The notes under the pieces: generated by a model
Databases searched by the model: none
The model's input: only the letters and a program-made list of their open reading frames with translations
What the model was told of the DNA's origin: nothing
Source of the DNA: an uncultured Alphaproteobacteria bacterium
GTDB lineage: Bacteria; Pseudomonadota; Alphaproteobacteria; Micavibrionales; UBA1664
Reading direction: 5' to 3'
Length of the DNA stretch: 64,000 nt
Assembly (NCBI GenBank): GCA_943789475.1
Contig: CALSUG010000005.1
Location: 205,470-269,469 of the forward strand
Shown: positions 58,135 through 64,000 of the stretch, piece by piece
Position numbering within the stretch: the stretch's first letter is position 1
How the letters are laid out: each line of letters opens with the position of its first letter
Made by a program: the position numbers and the translations under genes

Positions 58135-60150
58135 ATGAAAAAAAGGGCATATACCTTCATGGTAAAGAAAAAAACACCCGTAAAAAAGAAACCCTCATCA
58201 AAAAAGAAGGTTCAAAATAAAACCAAGTTTTCGCGTACACTGTTACGTTGGGGATTTGTTGCATGTATCTGGGGTGGATTACTACTTGTCGCAATTTTAG
58301 CATGGTATGGAAAAGATCTAGGAAAAATTGCTAAATCCGTTGGATCAGATAATAAACGCATTGTTAAAATTTACGCCAAGGATGGAAAAACAGAATTAGC
58401 AGCATATGGACATTTACGTGGTCCAAATGTTCGTATTGAAGATTTGCCACAACATATTCCTAATGCCTTTATTGCTATTGAAGATCGTCGTTTTTATTCT
58501 CATTTTGGAATTGATTTAATTGGTTTGACTCGTGCTATGGTTACGAATGTTCGTGCCGGTGGTATTGTTCAAGGTGGATCAACGTTAACACAGCAGCTAG
58601 CCAAAAATTTATTCTTTAACCCTGAACGAACAATGAAACGTAAGATTCAAGAAGCGATGCTGTCTCTTTGGATTGAGTGGAAATATTCAAAAGAAGAAAT
58701 TCTAAGTTCATATTTGAATCATGTTTATTTTGGATCGGGCGCATATGGGCTTGATTCCGCAACACATATTTATTTCAATAAAGACCCTGAGGATATAGGG
58801 ATTAAAGAGGCTGCATTGCTTGCGGGCCTTATGCAAGCGCCATCACGTCTATCCCCTTCTCATAATCCTGAAGGTGCGATTAAGCGGATGAAAATTGTTC
58901 TACGTGCGATGGAAAGTGAAGGATATGCAACTGATGAAATGATTGCGGATGCTAATAACATCAAAATTGAAGATGGTAAAATTCAAGGTATGGGGTTTGC
59001 CTCACGTACAAAGGATGCTCATTATTTTACCGATTGGATTTATCGGCAGGTTAATATTTTTGCATCCGATGTTGAGGGTGATTTGAAGGTGACAACAACA
59101 TTGTTACCAAACCTTCAAAAGACAGTGGCGAAAATTGCAAAAGAAGAGTTAGATCGTACATATCCCGAAGATGGAGATAAAAAACGACCTGAGGTGTCAG
59201 CAGTAATGTTGAATGAAAATGGTGCTATTCGGGCTATGGTTGGTGGGTATGATTACAAAAAAAGCCAATTTAACCGTGCTACAGATGGTGTGCGACAGGC
59301 TGGATCATCTTTTAAACCATTTGTTTATTTGTCAGCGATTGAGCAAGGGTGGCGTCCAGAGGACATCATATCAAACGAGCGCATAACAAAGGGACGTTAT
59401 CGCCCTTCTAATTATGATCGTTTTTACAGTGAAGAAACAACATTACGTGAGGCATTGGTTAACTCGTATAATGTAGCTGCCGTAAACATGATTAAAGAAA
59501 CTGGGGTGCCTCATGTGATTGATGTTGCGGATCGTGTTGGTATTGATGCAGAGGTTCGTGAAGAGCTTAGTACGGCATTGGGGACTGTTGATATATCCCT
59601 TCTTGATCTTGTCGGTGGATACGCGACAATTGGACAGAAAGGTCGTTTAACGACACCGTATGGAATTGAAAAAATTGAAATGGTTGATAGCGGTGAATTG
59701 CTGTACCAATATAAGAAAACATCTTCGCCACGAGTTATTGCCAATAATCATGTCAGTGCGTTAATTTCAATGATGCAAGATGTTGTTGAGTTTGGAACCG
59801 CTAAACGTGCACAAACGGGGTTCCCCGTTGCAGGTAAAACAGGAACGACACAAGATTACCGTGATGCATTATTTGTCGGATTTTCATCTGTTTATACAAT
59901 GGGAGTTTGGATCGGACATGACGATAATTCATCCATGGGGCGTGGTACATATGGAGGAACAACGCCGGCAAGTATATTTAAACGTTCAATGCAATCGGCT
60001 CATAAAGATGTTAATGCAGGAAATGTTACTGAATATACACCAGGTGTAACGCAAAAATTTAAATCACTTTTGGATGGAATTTTTTCTAGTGGTGGCTCTA
60101 GAAGTACATTTTCAGGATCTGGAAGACCCTCACATAGTCTTAATGATTAG
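58135..60150 (+). CDS. mrcA: penicillin-binding protein 1A (bifunctional glycosyltransferase/transpeptidase)
   Basis: GT51 motifs are AIEDRRFYSHFGID, GGSTLTQQLAKN and RKIQE. Transpeptidase motifs are SSFKP, SYN and KTGTT. Confidence 0.9.
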   Translation: MKKRAYTFMVKKKTPVKKKPSSKKKVQNKTKFSRTLLRWGFVACIWGGLLLVAILAWYGKDLGKIAKSVGSDNKRIVKIYAKDGKTELAAYGHLRGPNVRIEDLPQHIPNAFIAIEDRRFYSHFGIDLIGLTRAMVTNVRAGGIVQGGSTLTQQLAKNLFFNPERTMKRKIQEAMLSLWIEWKYSKEEILSSYLNHVYFGSGAYGLDSATHIYFNKDPEDIGIKEAALLAGLMQAPSRLSPSHNPEGAIKRMKIVLRAMESEGYATDEMIADANNIKIEDGKIQGMGFASRTKDAHYFTDWIYRQVNIFASDVEGDLKVTTTLLPNLQKTVAKIAKEELDRTYPEDGDKKRPEVSAVMLNENGAIRAMVGGYDYKKSQFNRATDGVRQAGSSFKPFVYLSAIEQGWRPEDIISNERITKGRYRPSNYDRFYSEETTLREALVNSYNVAAVNMIKETGVPHVIDVADRVGIDAEVREELSTALGTVDISLLDLVGGYATIGQKGRLTTPYGIEKIEMVDSGELLYQYKKTSSPRVIANNHVSALISMMQDVVEFGTAKRAQTGFPVAGKTGTTQDYRDALFVGFSSVYTMGVWIGHDDNSSMGRGTYGGTTPASIFKRSMQSAHKDVNAGNVTEYTPGVTQKFKSLLDGIFSSGGSRSTFSGSGRPSHSLND

Positions 60151-60692
60151 GTTCGTTCTATTTTCTTTTTAAAACGTTCGTTATACCGTTTAACTACGTA
60201 TTGTAGTTCATGTGCGATTTTTTGACCACCGGTTGATGTTGTGTCAAATAGTTCTAATTCGTATGTTAGGTGAATGGCCTTACAATAATGCCCAAGAATA
60301 TCCAAAGCATCGTTATCAAGTCTTTTATATTTTTCTAAAAATTTTAAAATTATTTCACTGAGGTGAGATGCTAGCCAATTGCCAAACATACCTGCCTGCC
60401 CTTTAATATTACTCAATGGTACGATAATAAGTTCATAATCTGATTCTCTATCGTAAGTGTTTTCATACGTGGCATGGATAGCACCTTCAATTCGAGATAA
60501 TTGTTGTAATGCATATCCCGAAAAATCTTTTTTTGGATGAGTGATGATTTTTTGAGCTTTCTCAATTTGTTCAGGAGTTATTTTGGTCGATGCACCGATC
60601 TTTGCTCGTAACGTTTTCTCGGCCTTTATCTTTCTTGGGGTTGATATGCCGTACAATTGATAGATATAGAGTTGGTCATCTTCATCGCGCAT
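60147..60692 (-). CDS. hypothetical protein with Hpt-like four-helix segment lacking the phospho-His (N-IKGQAGMFG)
   Basis: 181 aa. LSNIKGQAGMFGNWLASHLSEIILKFLE parallels the Hpt/CheA-P1 motif H-x-[IL]-KG-x-AG-x-[FL]-G but has Asn at the His position. Its start overlaps the stop of the upstream receiver gene (TAATG). Confidence 0.45.
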   Translation of the reverse strand: MRDEDDQLYIYQLYGISTPRKIKAEKTLRAKIGASTKITPEQIEKAQKIITHPKKDFSGYALQQLSRIEGAIHATYENTYDRESDYELIIVPLSNIKGQAGMFGNWLASHLSEIILKFLEKYKRLDNDALDILGHYCKAIHLTYELELFDTTSTGGQKIAHELQYVVKRYNERFKKKIERT

Positions 60693-61183
60693 TATGATTT
60701 TTCCTCTGGCTCCATTAAGCGTCTATCATCGGCTACAGGCGAATCTATTTTTCTACGGCGACGATCTGGTCCAAAAAATCCGAGTGATTCAATGAAATCA
60801 CGTGGGACATCAATAACGTGCATTATTCTTTTTGCTAAATCTTCAGCTGAGAATGGTTTTATAATGATTTCTGTAATGCCCTTGTCGCGCGCGCTTGTAA
60901 TGCGTGCGTAATCAGAAAATCCAGTCATTAAAATAATGGGAATCGATCGGTTAACAGAATGTTTGTTACGACGTATCCATCGACATAACTCAAGTCCATC
61001 AATATTATCCATGTGCCAGTCGGTAATGATTAGATCAGGTTTGTAACGTTGAAATACTGAAAATGCTTGTTCACCATCTGTCGCCGTTAAAATTCGACCA
61101 AAACCAAAACGGTTAAGAATCGCGACCATGACCTCTAACATAGGTTCAGAATCATCAGCAACAAGGACAGTTAGTTCTTTCAT
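60692..61183 (-). CDS. single-domain CheY-like response regulator with Arg-rich C-terminal tail
   Basis: The receiver residues are VLVADDSEPM, LIITDWHM (phospho-Asp), ILMTGFS and IIKPF. A ~35-aa tail reads FFGPDRRRRKIDSPVADDRRL. The start is taken at ATG 61183. Confidence 0.8.
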   Translation of the reverse strand: MKELTVLVADDSEPMLEVMVAILNRFGFGRILTATDGEQAFSVFQRYKPDLIITDWHMDNIDGLELCRWIRRNKHSVNRSIPIILMTGFSDYARITSARDKGITEIIIKPFSAEDLAKRIMHVIDVPRDFIESLGFFGPDRRRRKIDSPVADDRRLMEPEEKS

Positions 61184-61205
61184 GTTGAAGCAGTGTACAA
61201 GAAAG

Positions 61206-61231
61206 AGAGGTACTTGAAAACAAGTACCTCT
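61206..61231. other. 11-bp perfect hairpin (agaggtacttg-aaaa-caagtacctct) 23 nt upstream of the response-regulator start
   Basis: Read directly. It is followed on the plus strand by taagtttttt, and on the minus strand it sits between the rnhA stop and the regulator ATG. Confidence 0.6.
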
Positions 61232-61375
61232 TAAGTTTTTTGGAGTGAATAACAAGAAAAATACTTTCGTACCTTTTTATGTCGTACCCCAAGAATGCAC
61301 CATCAATAGTTAATAGAATCTGAATCATCTTTATTGGAGATAAAGTGGTTGTGGACAGAATTCGTAAGTTATTGA

Positions 61376-61810
61376 TTATCTTTGTATTCCTGCGCGAGCA
61401 AGTTCATCGGCACGTTCGTTTTCTGGATGTCCTGCATGCCCTTTTACCCAGTGCCATTGTACATTATGGCGTGCGATTTCAGAATCGATTCTCTCCCACA
61501 GATCTTGATTCTTCACTGGTTTCTTGGATGCTGTGCGCCAATTCTTGGCTTTCCACCCTTCTAACCACTTGGTTACACCATCTTTCACGTAGATAGAATC
61601 GGTATAAAGATCGATCTCGCATGGTTTTGTTAATGTGGCTAATGATTCAATAACGGCCATCATTTCCATACGATTATTCGTTGTTGGGTTTTCACCACCA
61701 TTCATTTCCTTTTCGCGATCACCATAACGTAATATTGCACCCCATCCGCCTGGTCCTGGGTTGCCGCTACATGCGCCATCTGTATATATTTTAACTTTCA
61801 TGGGATGCAT
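61376..61810 (-). CDS. rnhA: ribonuclease HI
   Basis: It has [31 protein letters not shown] and [20 protein letters not shown]. The start is at 61810 or 61801. Confidence 0.92.
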   Translation of the reverse strand: MHPMKVKIYTDGACSGNPGPGGWGAILRYGDREKEMNGGENPTTNNRMEMMAVIESLATLTKPCEIDLYTDSIYVKDGVTKWLEGWKAKNWRTASKKPVKNQDLWERIDSEIARHNVQWHWVKGHAGHPENERADELARAGIQR

Positions 61811-61868
61811 ATTAATATAACTATACAGATAAACATTCCTTTTTTCGTGTTTTTCAACACTATTTTTC

Positions 61869-61896
61869 TTGACATCTGACGCTCAAAACGTATTAT
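61869..61896 (+). promoter_or_regulatory. sigma70-like promoter candidate for rplU-rpmA
   Basis: TTGACA (61869-74), 16 nt spacer, TATTAT (61891-96). AAGGA SD lies 8 nt before ATG 61926. Confidence 0.5.
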
Positions 61897-61925
61897 GCGC
61901 CCATATTTATATAAGGATACAAGAA

Positions 61926-62240
61926 ATGTACGCAGTAATTAAAACAGGCGGTCAACAATTCCGCGTTGAAAAAGGTGATAAGCTTTCTATTCAAAAATTA
62001 GAAGCAGAGGCAGGTAAATCGATCACTTTGGACGAAATCATGATGATTAACGATGGTAAAACAGCGAAAGTTGGAACACCATTGGTATCAGGTGCAAAGG
62101 TAACAGCGAAAGTTGTTGAACAGTACCGTGATGAAAAGGTTGTAATCTTTAAAAAGAAACGTCGTCAAAACTATCGTCGTACAAAAGGTCACCGTCAACA
62201 TTTGACATTGATCGAGATTACAGACATTAAAGCAGCATAA
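61926..62240 (+). CDS. rplU: 50S ribosomal protein L21
   Basis: It begins MYAVIKTGGQQFRVEKGD... and has KRRQNYRRTKGHRQ. The track extension from 61869 is rejected. Confidence 0.95.
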   Translation: MYAVIKTGGQQFRVEKGDKLSIQKLEAEAGKSITLDEIMMINDGKTAKVGTPLVSGAKVTAKVVEQYRDEKVVIFKKKRRQNYRRTKGHRQHLTLIEITDIKAA

Positions 62241-62265
62241 TAGTAAAAGATAAGAGGTATTTGAA

Positions 62266-62532
62266 ATGGCACATAAAAAAGCAGGTGGATCATCCAGAAA
62301 CGGCCGTGACTCGGCCGGTCGTAGACTTGGTGTAAAACGTTACGGTGGCGAGCAAGTTCTTGCTGGTAACATTATCGTTCGTCAACGCGGTACAAAGGTA
62401 TGGCCTGGTTCAAACATTGGTATGGGTAAAGACCACACATTATTCGCAACAATCGATGGTATTGTGAAATTTACAAAAGGTCGTTTAAATCGTTCTTTCG
62501 TATCTGTTCTACCTGCGAATGACGCAAAGTAA
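62266..62532 (+). CDS. rpmA: 50S ribosomal protein L27
   Basis: [24 protein letters not shown]...IIVRQRGTK. Confidence 0.95.
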   Translation: MAHKKAGGSSRNGRDSAGRRLGVKRYGGEQVLAGNIIVRQRGTKVWPGSNIGMGKDHTLFATIDGIVKFTKGRLNRSFVSVLPANDAK

Positions 62533-62561
62533 TTAAAAGCGTAAGCTTAAAATGCTAAATT

Positions 62562-62587
62562 AAGGCGCTGTTTTAGCGCCTTTTTTG
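62562..62587 (+). terminator. rho-independent terminator after rpmA
   Basis: aaggcgct-gtttt-agcgcctt followed by ttttg. Confidence 0.7.
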
Positions 62588-62600
62588 TTAGGAAAGCAAC

Positions 62601-63614
62601 ATGAAGTTTTTAGACGAGGCAAAAATATATTGTGAAAGCGGTAAAGGCGGGCCAGGATCCGTTTCCTTTCGTCGTGAAAAATGCGCTCAATTTGGTGGCC
62701 CTAACGGTGGTGACGGTGGTAATGGCGGTGACGTTATTATTGAAGTTGTTGATGACGCGAATACATTAATCGATTTTCGTTATGCGCAACATTTTAAAGC
62801 TGATCCCGGTATGCACGGTATGGGAACGAATCGATCAGGTAGAGGTGGTGATGATTGTGTTATCAAAATACCTGTTGGAACCGTTATTTTGGCAGAAGAT
62901 AAAGAAACCGAACTCTACGACTGTATTAATGTCGGTGACCGTTTTACCATTTTAAAAGGTGGTGATGGCGGTAAAGGTAATGCCCATTATAAGACATCAA
63001 CGAATCAAGCCCCACGTAAATCAACACCGGGCTTCCCTGGTGATGAAATCGCAATATGGCTCCGTCTTAAATTAATCGCCGATATTGGATTGCTCGGCCT
63101 TCCAAATGCGGGTAAATCGACATTTTTAAGCGTTGTGAGTAATGCAAAACCAAAAATTGCTGATTACCCCTTTACGACACTTCATCCTAATCTTGGGGTT
63201 GTTCGTATTGGTAATACACAAGAATTTGTTATTGCGGACATTCCTGGCCTTATTGAAGGTGCTAGTGATGGCCAGGGGCTTGGAACACGGTTCTTGGGTC
63301 ATGTGGAGCGTACGGCCGCCCTACTCCACCTTGTTGATTGCACACAAGATAATCCGCACCAAGCATATCAAACAATTCGCAATGAATTGGCAAAATATGA
63401 TTCTGATTTGAATGATAAAGAAGAGATCATTGCGCTAACAAAATCTGACGCACTGGGCGATGAATTGGCCGAACATGTCCGTCAAGAATTTGAACAAAAC
63501 ACAGGAAAGAAAACATTCTTGATCTCGTCTGTCGCACGTCAAGGTACCGATGATGTCCTCAATCATATTTCACGCCTTCTTAACGGGCATGAATATGACG
63601 ATGATGAATATTAA
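62601..63614 (+). CDS. obgE: GTPase ObgE/CgtA
   Basis: It has the Obg fold with Gly-rich repeats (GGNGGDGGNGGD) and a G domain GLPNAGKSTF, DIPGLIEGA and TKSD. Confidence 0.93.
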   Translation: MKFLDEAKIYCESGKGGPGSVSFRREKCAQFGGPNGGDGGNGGDVIIEVVDDANTLIDFRYAQHFKADPGMHGMGTNRSGRGGDDCVIKIPVGTVILAEDKETELYDCINVGDRFTILKGGDGGKGNAHYKTSTNQAPRKSTPGFPGDEIAIWLRLKLIADIGLLGLPNAGKSTFLSVVSNAKPKIADYPFTTLHPNLGVVRIGNTQEFVIADIPGLIEGASDGQGLGTRFLGHVERTAALLHLVDCTQDNPHQAYQTIRNELAKYDSDLNDKEEIIALTKSDALGDELAEHVRQEFEQNTGKKTFLISSVARQGTDDVLNHISRLLNGHEYDDDEY

Positions 63615-63653
63615 TTAGGATTTCTCAAGAGCGACCCTATATAAATTTTTGCA

Positions 63654-63977
63654 TTACTTGTCATTTTTAAACTGCCTTTTATATTGTTCTATGTGAATGT
63701 CCATCAGTTCATCATAGGTTACATCTGCTTCATAAAGTGGCATTAAGTATGGATAATTAATTTGAACAAGATTTTCGTCCTGATCGTATACAACTCGAAA
63801 TGAAGGAGCGCCTTTCCAAAAATATTTCTTAGGAAAAGAATATATTAGTAAATAATAGCCATTCACCTCATACCTTCTGCGTTGTCTAAAATCGGCACCT
63901 TGTATCAGAATCCTATCAACATACTCTTTGGATGTTCCTTGTGGAAACATCACACGGAAAGCCTCACGCAATTTCAT
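63654..63977 (-). CDS. hypothetical protein (107 aa)
   Basis: ORF only. It is near the window edge and its neighbours are unknown. Confidence 0.35.
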   Translation of the reverse strand: MKLREAFRVMFPQGTSKEYVDRILIQGADFRQRRRYEVNGYYLLIYSFPKKYFWKGAPSFRVVYDQDENLVQINYPYLMPLYEADVTYDELMDIHIEQYKRQFKNDK

Positions 63978-64000
63978 TGGTTCGTTACGGTAATCCCTAT

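Overview
The window reads as a mostly core-genome stretch of an AT-rich alphaproteobacterium, possibly a reduced or host-associated lineage; that placement is inference, and no database search was possible. The alphaproteobacterial call rests on several features. The ntrY-ntrX-trkA-hfq-hflX string is present. ispD and ispF are fused. The PDH operon is ftsB-like-pdhA-pdhB-pdhC...lpdA, and PdhB carries an N-terminal lipoyl domain. An MJ0042 zinc-ribbon gene sits beside ftsEX-DUF218-plsC, a parvulin gene is divergent from secA, and trmFO, etfBA and ubiG are present. About 70 protein genes and two tRNAs, Ser(GCU) and Asn(GUU), can be supported. All product calls come from motifs read in the supplied translations. 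Three housekeeping genes (mazG, accA, trmFO) are each broken by the same lesion: one extra G that creates an in-frame GGG followed by T where GGT is expected. This is most likely a systematic G-homopolymer error, but it needs checking. The accessory or unexplained parts are listed here in coordinate order.
- Small orphan ORFs with a shared upstream motif lie between lipA and lpdA.
- A dNK-family kinase and a small ORF preceded by a 10-bp tandem repeat that reiterates an SD-like motif are inserted in the PDH operon.
- A dense GANTC cluster sits in front of the ftsB-like gene.
- A duplicated attachment site and a decayed P4-type integrase lie at tRNA-Asn.
- A tandem triplet of pilin-like paralogs with a non-canonical leader sits directly behind secA and is followed by a patatin-like phospholipase. 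This is my best candidate for something undescribed.
- A divergent four-gene module holds two tiny ...CYRK lipoproteins and two BPL_N/GATase-like paralogs, the second translationally coupled to trmFO.
- A CheY-like receiver with an Arg-rich tail is translationally coupled to an Hpt-like protein that lacks the phospho-accepting His.
No rRNA, CRISPR array or intact mobile element was seen. Many track ORFs are antisense shadows or 5' over-extensions and were discarded.
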